From positions 1-59,899 of the forward strand of contig CAXAHE010000001.1 of NCBI GenBank assembly GCA_963968475.1: 59,899 bases of DNA, read 5' to 3'. The notes below the pieces were generated by a model. The model made no database searches. It saw only the letters and a program-made list of their open reading frames with translations, and was not told where the DNA came from. Below are positions 18,764 through 26,542 of this stretch, piece by piece (position 1 is the stretch's first letter; every line of letters begins with the position of its first letter). Both the position numbers and the translations under genes were made by a program. This stretch comes from an uncultured Candidatus Poseidoniales archaeon. GTDB lineage: Archaea; Thermoplasmatota; Poseidoniia; Poseidoniales; Poseidoniaceae.

Positions 18764-18817
18764 CTGTTTCTCGCCTGTGCGCCACCGTCATAAGCATGAT
18801 GCATCACAGGCATCATC

Positions 18818-19018
18818 ATGGAGATTACATTCTCAGGGCGAGACCACAATTGTACGATTGAAGTTGAACCAAACAGCACACTCCGCCAAGCCCTAGTGCT
18901 TGCAAAGATACTCCCTTCAACAGTGATTGTAAGTTATGAGGAAAAGATCCTGCCTCACAGTACTGTCCTCAATTCCGATGTAAATTTACTCGTCACAACA
19001 GTATCGTCTGGCGGCTAA
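18818..19018 (+). CDS. ThiS/MoaD/SAMP-type ubiquitin-like small protein ending in Gly-Gly
   Basis: 66 aa. MEITFSG..TIEVEPNSTLRQAL.. ends ..VTTVSSGG-stop, the pattern of a beta-grasp sulfur carrier or small archaeal modifier. Confidence 0.7.
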   Translation: MEITFSGRDHNCTIEVEPNSTLRQALVLAKILPSTVIVSYEEKILPHSTVLNSDVNLLVTTVSSGG

Positions 19019-20850
19019 TCCTCTGCTACGATATGAAGTCTTGATGCTCGATAGATCTCTCCAGTGGTTAATGCTGCCCAGCCGTTCATACCAACGTTGG
19101 TGATGATCACAGTATCACCGAGTTCAAGCATATCGTATTGAGGTCCCCAATCGGCTTGCCACCCTTCGATCTTAATCGCTCCAGTATTGTCGAGAATCAT
19201 CAATCCCTTACGGCACCATTCCCCACGGGCTGATACGCCTCTTTTTTCTGTTCTATAGACAACTGTCCCCATGATATTCCAACGTGCACGTGGCTTTAGG
19301 AGACTCATAGAAACCTCCTCATCAGAGTCTATTTTGACAATCTTTGAAAATGGATCTACTTTCAGAATGATTGAACCTTTGTAATTGAGTTGGAAGAATG
19401 CTTTCTCAACCCGCACTAAATCTCCTTTCTCCAAACCCTCTGGAACGGTAGGGGTGCCATCTGAATGGGTCATTGCTTTGACTTGAACATCCGCAAAAGC
19501 ATTGTTGGCTTGAGTGATTGTGATTCTTGGTGCGCGCCCAGATTGTGAGTGAATGAGTGTATGTACATGGCCGATGATATCATGTCGATCCTCGAGTTCA
19601 TCAATCGGGTCTCCTTTAATTTCAGCATAAGAACCAGGCAACTGATATGTTCCTCCATGAGGGTGTTCATCGTGTCCAGTTCCATTTGGACAGATCATAG
19701 ACCAATCACATCGTTCACAACGAGTTTGTTTGTTGGGTTTGTCAGAAGGAACACCTCCTGGTTCGAATGAACGCATTGGGGCTGGCTTAGGAGGGCATTG
19801 TTCGATATCAGGAGTTACTTCTCTGAGTTGACTCCAGAGTTCTTTTAGTTCAACACCCATTTCATCCATTTCTTCAATCGTTGGTTTTTCGATCATCTTC
19901 TGACTATTCGCTGCGAGATACCAAATTTCGAGTCCGTCAACTTCTTGTTGCTTTTCGTGAGTATGCCACCATAAAAAGGCATACATGCGTAACTGTTTGA
20001 CATAATCTCCAGATCGGTCATTATTTCCTAAAGAAGCTTTGATGTCGATAATTCGCACCATTCCATCCCAAGAATAAACAAGATCATATTCACCTTGAAA
20101 CCAGTGTTCTGGATGAACTACGTTCATCATGAATGGCTTTGCATCTGGATCAACAAACCAGGGACGAGAGATTTCCCATGCTTCAATCCATGTGACATCC
20201 CCATCCTGTGATAATGGATGCTGGTCAAGTTCGAATCCGCGACCATCCGGTGCTGGCCATTGAGGTCGAGCCCCATTTCGCCATTCCTGAAGTATCGTAT
20301 TTGATACAGTTGCAATGCATTTTTCAACCTCTTCAATATGCATTATGATGCCATTTGTTGCCATCATATGGCATCGTTCGATATCAACATCTTCCCATTG
20401 ACCTGCCTTCCTATCGTGCTTCGACCATTCGGTTTTCATACTTTCCAACGACGAATTTAGATGAGTTTTAACTCTCTCAGTGGCCCATATGAGTAGTTCA
20501 TTTTTGTTTTCCGGCCAGTATTTTTCAGGAAGGGGAAGGAGTTGTTCAGCGGGCCAAGATGAATCATGATTGCGATTTGGGCGCCCTTCATCATCCAGCG
20601 GTGTTGGAGCATAAACATCTGAAGGTGCGGAGGCCATGACTAAGCAAGGAGATTCTTTCAGTGTTTGACAAATAGCTTCTTCGACAGCCCTACCAACGAA
20701 TAAAATTGGGATTTGGGGCATGACTAAACGACGTACTTTCTCATAGAACCACAAACGAGGGCACGCTTTCCAAGCATTCACTTGGCTTGCTGATAGTCTG
20801 TTGTAATTCCCTATGGAATCTGTTTCAGAGTTAGGTAAACAAACAGGCAT
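19015..20850 (-). CDS. Fe-S PD-(D/E)XK nuclease (Cas4/AddB/Exo5-type) with two C-terminal OB-fold-like modules (paralog B)
   Basis: The start is set at the ATG at 20850 (MPVCLPN..), because it aligns with the MPV.. N-terminus of paralog A and removes a 59-nt overlap. Motifs: SASQVNAWKACPRLWFYEKV, GRAVEEAI, GEYDLVYSWDGMVRIIDIKAS, QLRMYAFLWW, CERCDWSMIC (CX2CX5C). The C-terminal half has two OB-like units (IIGHVHTL..GDLVRVEKA..; IMGTVVYR..ILDNTGAIKIEGW..LGDTVIITNV). Confidence 0.7.
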   Translation of the reverse strand: MPVCLPNSETDSIGNYNRLSASQVNAWKACPRLWFYEKVRRLVMPQIPILFVGRAVEEAICQTLKESPCLVMASAPSDVYAPTPLDDEGRPNRNHDSSWPAEQLLPLPEKYWPENKNELLIWATERVKTHLNSSLESMKTEWSKHDRKAGQWEDVDIERCHMMATNGIIMHIEEVEKCIATVSNTILQEWRNGARPQWPAPDGRGFELDQHPLSQDGDVTWIEAWEISRPWFVDPDAKPFMMNVVHPEHWFQGEYDLVYSWDGMVRIIDIKASLGNNDRSGDYVKQLRMYAFLWWHTHEKQQEVDGLEIWYLAANSQKMIEKPTIEEMDEMGVELKELWSQLREVTPDIEQCPPKPAPMRSFEPGGVPSDKPNKQTRCERCDWSMICPNGTGHDEHPHGGTYQLPGSYAEIKGDPIDELEDRHDIIGHVHTLIHSQSGRAPRITITQANNAFADVQVKAMTHSDGTPTVPEGLEKGDLVRVEKAFFQLNYKGSIILKVDPFSKIVKIDSDEEVSMSLLKPRARWNIMGTVVYRTEKRGVSARGEWCRKGLMILDNTGAIKIEGWQADWGPQYDMLELGDTVIITNVGMNGWAALTTGEIYRASRLHIVAED

Positions 20851-20872
20851 ACGAAGTGGTAAAATCCACCCC

Positions 20873-22642
20873 TCAAATACTCTTGGTCGTAAACGCTGGA
20901 GTTTGGTGCTCGATTCTTGTTTTACGAACATCTATTCTGAGTTGGATTAAACCGGCTCTCCAACCAAGTTCTGCACCAATAAGTCGAATCCGATTCCCAG
21001 GGCGCATCGATCGAAGGCGCTCACTTATTGCAGAACCAAAGGCTACGACTTCGACAATGTGCTCACCATCCCATAGATGGAAGCTGAGCATAGACCATGG
21101 TTTAGCATCGAGACGAACTCCATTTTGCTGTCGTATCGCCACGACAACACCTTCCACATTCGCTCGAGTCCGAAGCAGGCCAATTCGGGTTCCCTTAGGT
21201 TCATCCTCGTTACGTACTCGAATATTGGAATGCTGATCTACATACAGCCTTGGTTGATCTCTCCATACACCCGGCAGTGCATTTTCGATGATGACATCAT
21301 TCTGTTCAGAATCATGAAGATGGGGGAATGCTCCTGGCTCGGCTTCCTCAATGGCAATCGTTGCCTCTCCTGCTCGGAGCATTGCTCCAAGTACAGGTTC
21401 ATTGAAGTGGTTTGGTAAAGGTCCCCATTGAGCGATTAAATTCCCTGAAACGTTGACGCGAGATGGGATTTCACCCAGAGGAACGCATGGAGATGAAATT
21501 GAATTCCCTTCGATCATTCTTGCTCTTAGTTCCTCATCCATTGGTCCAGCGGACTCCATATTCGAATGTGTCAATGAACACCAGCCACAACCAGCAGATT
21601 CTCCATCACATGCATGAGTCGTATCTGGTTCTTCAGATTCTTCAATTGCTGGTAAAATCGATGCTCCCTCTCCCATCGTTCTCATGATGTTGTTGATCGA
21701 TAAAAACTCCTCGTCCATAGAAGTAAGTTCTTCTTTACTAGGGGCTTCATAGAGTATTCTTTCTCTTGATGAAAGATACCAGCCTTCCATATTTTGAACA
21801 TGTTTTTGTTCATGAGTTCGCTCCCAGAGCCAAGCATAAAATCTAAGTTGATGTTGAAGGCTTTCCGAGAAACGTCCTCCTGAGTGACCGGATTTGATGT
21901 CAACGAGGCGAATATTCCCATCCCATCTTAGAACAAGGTCGAGTTCTCCAGCAGCCCATCCTTCTGGGTGAAACATTCTCTGAGGTTGATGGACTCTAGG
22001 ATCTTTGAACCATGGTCTGGCAACTTCCCATGCTTCATTCCATTGAATTGGGCTCTCTGCCTTCATCCACTCAAACGGATGCTCCGAATTCCAGTCTCGA
22101 GCATGCAATGATCGTACTTTCTCTGGAACTGGGAAATGCGGCTGAGCACCAATTTTTGGAGTTGGAATCTCATAGGGTTCAACTCCAGTCCTGAATTGTT
22201 CGATATATGGGCCTCCATTTGCATCATAACATCGTTGAATTTCTTCAAGGAAGAGTTCCAATCCATTGTAGAGTTTATTCTGGAAGTCCTTGACATCAAC
22301 GGTCGACCAATCCGAATCAGCACGTTTCCATAGGGAGTTTTCCCAGGTTTCCAGTCCGACATCCCACGCATTTTGGGCTTCTTGATCAGCCAATTCATAT
22401 GCCCAGTCTCTTAACTCGTCAATTGATTCCATCGGTCCTGGTCGATTCATCATGACGTTACAGAGAGCATCTTCAATGACAATTCCTAGAACTTGGCCAA
22501 TCGATTTGGGTGATGAAATACCAACCTTTCGAGTTAGATACCATTGTCGAGTACATCGTAAGTACGTTGTAAGTCCCGATGCGGAGAGTCGTGAACGACT
22601 TCTCCCCAGTGGTCCGCCTTTTGGAGGTGTACCGACTGGCAT
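20873..22642 (-). CDS. Fe-S PD-(D/E)XK nuclease (Cas4/AddB/Exo5-type) with two C-terminal OB-fold-like modules (paralog A)
   Basis: 589 aa. Motifs: SASGLTTYLRCTRQWYLTRKV, GIVIEDAL, GELDLVLRWDGNIRLVDIKSG, QLRFYAWLW, CDGESAGCGWC. The C-terminal OB-like units are VNVSGNLIAQW.. and ANVEGVVVAIR..FHLWDGEHIVEVVAFG..MRPGNRIRLIGAEL. Confidence 0.7.
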   Translation of the reverse strand: MPVGTPPKGGPLGRSRSRLSASGLTTYLRCTRQWYLTRKVGISSPKSIGQVLGIVIEDALCNVMMNRPGPMESIDELRDWAYELADQEAQNAWDVGLETWENSLWKRADSDWSTVDVKDFQNKLYNGLELFLEEIQRCYDANGGPYIEQFRTGVEPYEIPTPKIGAQPHFPVPEKVRSLHARDWNSEHPFEWMKAESPIQWNEAWEVARPWFKDPRVHQPQRMFHPEGWAAGELDLVLRWDGNIRLVDIKSGHSGGRFSESLQHQLRFYAWLWERTHEQKHVQNMEGWYLSSRERILYEAPSKEELTSMDEEFLSINNIMRTMGEGASILPAIEESEEPDTTHACDGESAGCGWCSLTHSNMESAGPMDEELRARMIEGNSISSPCVPLGEIPSRVNVSGNLIAQWGPLPNHFNEPVLGAMLRAGEATIAIEEAEPGAFPHLHDSEQNDVIIENALPGVWRDQPRLYVDQHSNIRVRNEDEPKGTRIGLLRTRANVEGVVVAIRQQNGVRLDAKPWSMLSFHLWDGEHIVEVVAFGSAISERLRSMRPGNRIRLIGAELGWRAGLIQLRIDVRKTRIEHQTPAFTTKSI

Positions 22643-22690
22643 ATTGACCGCTCGTAGTTGTTCCCTTTAGACTCTCTTCATTTTCTATGT

Positions 22691-24472
22691 CTATCTGACA
22701 TTGAACGAATAATAGTCTCCAATTTCCCTTTGTTCACGATCTTTTCGACTTTCCGATTTATTGATTCGTGGACGTTTAGAATCATGATCTCTGCGGAATG
22801 TCACGTTAACATCGTTCAGGAATCGGTTCATTCCTTCCCGTAAAGAGAATGGTCCCATTGCCTTACCCTTTACGCCACCTTCGCCTTCGAACACCAGTAA
22901 AGAATCGCTAACGATGTCAATAAAGTAAACGTCGTGATCGATAACAAATGCAGATTTTTCATTTGCTTCCATCGTTCTGCGGATTGCCTTAGCGGCCTCC
23001 ATACGAGCATTTGCATCGAGGTGAGCCGATGGTTCGTCAAGAAGATACAAGTCAGCATCTCTTCCAAGACAGAGTGCGATTGCTACAGCTTGCCGTTCAC
23101 CGCCAGAGAGTTTCTTTACACGCTTAGGCAACAGGGAATCAACTCCTAATGCACGTATGACATTGACATTGAATTCACCGCTTCGCCATCGCATCCCTAA
23201 CTCGCTATCGAGCCACGTCTGGACAGTACAATCCATATCAGCATCAATATGTTGAGGCTTGTATGAAATTTTTGCATTCGCAGTAACCCACCCGCTATCG
23301 TACTCATGTTCCCCTGCTAGGATTTTTATCATTGTCGATTTACCAGTCCCATTGGGACCCACTACACCGACAACTTCTGAGCGATGAACAGAACCTTCAC
23401 CAGTTGATAATTCGAAGGAACCTAGTTTCTTTCCAAGGTCGCCCCATTGAACAACAACACTGCCTGTTTCAACAGATCGCTCATGGTGCTTGAGGAAACG
23501 AATTGGTTTGTCTCGAATTCGAACGTTTTCCTCGACTAAGAACCCATCAAGGTATGCATTGATGGCAGTTCGGGTGGAGCGAGCGGGGGTAAATATCCCA
23601 AACGCTCCTTTCTGGCCATAGACGATATGGATGAGATCTGCAAGTACGTCGAGAACCGCTAAATCGTGTTCAATGACAATCACGCGCTTCGTTTCTGATA
23701 ATTTTTGAATAATTCGTACGATCCGCATTCGTTCGTGAATGTCGAGATAAGAAGAAGGTTCATCGAAGAAATAGACATCAACATCTCGTAAAATCGTTGC
23801 GCAAATCGCCATTCGTTGTAATTCTCCTCCGGAGAGTTGCTGAACAGTTCGGTCCAATAGGTGATCAATTCCTAAGGCGACCGTCATCTCATCGAACATA
23901 TTTCGTTCATCGACTCGTCGCAGCAATGCTTCAACAGTTCCTTGAACACGTTTGGGCAATCTGTCAACATTTTGTGGCTTTAGTGCGACTTTGATTGCGC
24001 CATCACGAACAGCCATGAAGAAATCACGAAGTTCACCTTTTGGAAGTGAATGAACAACATCTTCCCACTCTGGCTCTTTGTTTAACCAATCACCAAGGTT
24101 TGGTATCATTCGCCCAGAAAGAGCATTGAATGCTGTGGATTTACCCATGCCGTTTGGACCGAGAATTCCTACGACCGATTCCTTTGTTGGCGTGGGTAGG
24201 CGGAACAGTCTGAAGCCATTAAGACTGTAACGATGAATCATATCAGTTTCCAGTTCACTTGGAAGTTTTTCGATGATCAATGCATCGTGTGGACATTTGT
24301 TAATACAGATTCCACATCCGATACAGAGTGATTCAGAGATGTGTGGTTTCCCCGTTTTGTCATCCATAATGATGCATTCTTGCCCATTTCGAACTGGTGG
24401 ACAATAGTGAAAACATTCGTCATTACATTTCTTTGGTTGACAATTGTCTTCCTTCAAAACTGCGACTCGCAT
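22691..24472 (-). CDS. ABCE1: ABCE1 / RNase L inhibitor-type ribosome recycling ATPase
   Basis: It has an N-terminal double 4Fe-4S ferredoxin domain (CNDECFHYCP.., CIGCGICINKCP). Two ABC cassettes follow (GPNGMGKST and GPNGTGKST Walker A motifs; LSGGELQR and LSGGERQ signatures). 593 aa. Confidence 0.9.
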   Translation of the reverse strand: MRVAVLKEDNCQPKKCNDECFHYCPPVRNGQECIIMDDKTGKPHISESLCIGCGICINKCPHDALIIEKLPSELETDMIHRYSLNGFRLFRLPTPTKESVVGILGPNGMGKSTAFNALSGRMIPNLGDWLNKEPEWEDVVHSLPKGELRDFFMAVRDGAIKVALKPQNVDRLPKRVQGTVEALLRRVDERNMFDEMTVALGIDHLLDRTVQQLSGGELQRMAICATILRDVDVYFFDEPSSYLDIHERMRIVRIIQKLSETKRVIVIEHDLAVLDVLADLIHIVYGQKGAFGIFTPARSTRTAINAYLDGFLVEENVRIRDKPIRFLKHHERSVETGSVVVQWGDLGKKLGSFELSTGEGSVHRSEVVGVVGPNGTGKSTMIKILAGEHEYDSGWVTANAKISYKPQHIDADMDCTVQTWLDSELGMRWRSGEFNVNVIRALGVDSLLPKRVKKLSGGERQAVAIALCLGRDADLYLLDEPSAHLDANARMEAAKAIRRTMEANEKSAFVIDHDVYFIDIVSDSLLVFEGEGGVKGKAMGPFSLREGMNRFLNDVNVTFRRDHDSKRPRINKSESRKDREQREIGDYYSFNVR

Positions 24473-24558
24473 TTTCTCACCCTATATCTTTGCTATGAGC
24501 ACATCATCAATCATACTTCGCATTCAAACCACCCTATTGGGCAGCCTTTGCATGTAGC

Positions 24559-25098
24559 TCAAACGAGACCCTTGAGGTGTTCTGCGCCACGAACAACACG
24601 AGTTGTTGTTGGCGTTGGGAATTTCATTCCTGCCTTGCGCAAAGCATCCTTGGCAGTAAGGTAGTGTTCTGGGTTAACGTGGAGTGAAACAACACGTTGT
24701 CCACGGCGAACACGTGCAGCAGTTCCGACATTTTTACCAAAAGCACAGCGCATACCCTGAGATACACGGTCTGCACCAGCGCCAGTTGCTTGCTTGTTTT
24801 CACGGAGAACGTGGTGAGGGTATGTGTGGATCCGAAGAGCGTATCCTTGTGCGCCAGCCTCGTTACGGATGGTTGAGTTTGAGATAACACGGGCAGCTTC
24901 CAGGGCTGTGTGTCGAATTTGGCAGTCGTTGTTGGCTCTCAATTCGAGAACAACAGGGAATCCGCCTGTCTCCGCAGCACGGCGGTTTCCGGAGTGGAAC
25001 GAGAGAATACGGTTGTTTGGAACACCGCCAATAAACTTGCGGCGTGTGTAAGCAGGTCCTTTGAGTCGGCGGTACATTGATGCGGGTTTACGTGCCAT
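24559..25098 (-). CDS. rpl10e: Ribosomal protein uL16 (L10e)
   Basis: The ATG at 25098 gives MARKPASMYRRLKGPAYTRRKFIGGVPNNRI.., typical of L10e. The ORF-track start at 25143 is an upstream extension. Confidence 0.9.
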   Translation of the reverse strand: MARKPASMYRRLKGPAYTRRKFIGGVPNNRILSFHSGNRRAAETGGFPVVLELRANNDCQIRHTALEAARVISNSTIRNEAGAQGYALRIHTYPHHVLRENKQATGAGADRVSQGMRCAFGKNVGTAARVRRGQRVVSLHVNPEHYLTAKDALRKAGMKFPTPTTTRVVRGAEHLKGLV

Positions 25099-25233
25099 AA
25101 CATCTACTCCTAGCATCCCTGCGACTAATGTTTCCCTTATCATCCCTCCGATGTATTCCTAAGAACATATTTTCTCAAAAAGATGATGGATTTTTAGAGC
25201 AAGGAACATAATGGTTCAACGTTAGGAGGTGTC

Positions 25234-26466
25234 ATGGCGAGTGGCTGGAGGAAGTTGCTGGAGGAAGAGTCAGAACATCAATGGCTTGCACTCGGGTTGT
25301 TTTTGGTTTTCGTAGTCATAGGGGGATTCCTCATTGGCGGTACCCGCAATTTAGAGGGTATGGTGCTCGGGGTAGATTCAAATGAAAACCTCGCCTTTGA
25401 TGATGGCCATCATGTCATAGATATTGATTACCATGCAAACTCGGAATGGGATGGTGCACATTCTGCAATTGTGATGAATGGTTCAGGAATGAAAATGTAT
25501 CAACAATTCTCCTCTGCTGATGTAAATGACATTGTTCCCTTTGATGATCAACTCATTCGGGACGTTACCTTTTTTGAATCAGACGAAGAAGGAACGGTGA
25601 CTTACTCAGCAGCTCAAAACACAATTACAACCGTTGTCAATGGTATGTCATCGAATCAAATCCTGGATGATGCAATGGGTTCAACATTCAGTATCCAAGG
25701 AATCGCTAGAGATACGTCGGATACAATCCTCAACAATCGTATTTTGATCACCTCGGAAGATGGTGGTTCAGGCGTTCGTGGACTGGGGATGTCCGGCGTT
25801 ACGGTTTCATCTTCTCCAGACCCGTCAGTCTCCTGGACTGAGTTAGTTTATCTTGAAGATAATACGTACATTGCAACAGGTATTTTCACCTATCACGATA
25901 ACAACCCTGCCCTCCTTGAATCGAAGATTATCTTCGCTCACATCACTTGGGCTGGTGGTTCCGATGCCCCTCAAGTTCTGATATCGCCAGTAATGGGCAA
26001 CGGGAGCGAAGTGCACTCGCTGACCTCCATGAAGGATGGTCTCGCAGCGGCAGCCTCAAACCAAGAGGCATATACTATCTCAAAGGATTCAATTGAGATT
26101 CACAGTATTTCAGCAACAGCAATGGTGTACGAACCAAGCGAAAATCGACTTTGGTTCTTCGGAGAACTTGGGTCGAAATCTATTCTAAGAATGGATGTGG
26201 AAACAGGTGAAGAGACAACAAAGAACTTGCAATATGCTTTACCTCTCCAACCAACATTTGTTCTCATAGAAGGTGATTCTCTATTCATCCATGGGTATGA
26301 TGCAAAGGGAGAGTCCGATCGTCTATCATTGGATTTGACTCTCGAGGGTTCGATGTCTTCTGGTCGTGGCTTCCTTAATTTCCTCTTCCTCTTCGCAGGG
26401 GTTTTGATGCTTGGAACACAATTGTACACAATCATCGATCGTACTTTGCTGCAAAAGAAACGTTAG
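25234..26466 (+). CDS. Membrane-anchored extracellular protein (N- and C-terminal TM helices)
   Basis: 410 aa. AGGAGGTG at 25224-25231 lies just upstream of the ATG. There is an N-terminal TM (WLALGLFLVFVVIGGFLIGG), a large beta-rich ectodomain, and a C-terminal TM plus basic tail (..LQKKR). Confidence 0.6.
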   Translation: MASGWRKLLEEESEHQWLALGLFLVFVVIGGFLIGGTRNLEGMVLGVDSNENLAFDDGHHVIDIDYHANSEWDGAHSAIVMNGSGMKMYQQFSSADVNDIVPFDDQLIRDVTFFESDEEGTVTYSAAQNTITTVVNGMSSNQILDDAMGSTFSIQGIARDTSDTILNNRILITSEDGGSGVRGLGMSGVTVSSSPDPSVSWTELVYLEDNTYIATGIFTYHDNNPALLESKIIFAHITWAGGSDAPQVLISPVMGNGSEVHSLTSMKDGLAAAASNQEAYTISKDSIEIHSISATAMVYEPSENRLWFFGELGSKSILRMDVETGEETTKNLQYALPLQPTFVLIEGDSLFIHGYDAKGESDRLSLDLTLEGSMSSGRGFLNFLFLFAGVLMLGTQLYTIIDRTLLQKKR

Positions 26467-26542
26467 GATAACGTTCGCGGCGAACCTTAATGATGTCTCG
26501 GCATTACCCTCTAAATCGGTTAGTGTCCGAGGAGGCGAGTAG

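Noticed and set aside
19015-22642. A CRISPR-Cas adaptation module, because of the Cas4-like domains
   Set aside because: No cas1, cas2 or effector genes and no repeat-spacer array occur anywhere in the window. The proteins are about three times Cas4 size and carry OB-like extensions.
18678-22642. An integrated element at tRNA-Ser
   Set aside because: I found no integrase or recombinase and no obvious second copy of the tRNA 3' segment. The flanking genes are core translation genes (nop10 operon, ABCE1, uL16).
26473-26485. Palindrome GTTCGC-G-GCGAAC after the 25234 gene, and AGGCT-N10-AGCCT (13095-13114) after purF, as terminators
   Set aside because: The stems are short, the first has essentially no loop, and neither is followed by a convincing T-tract.
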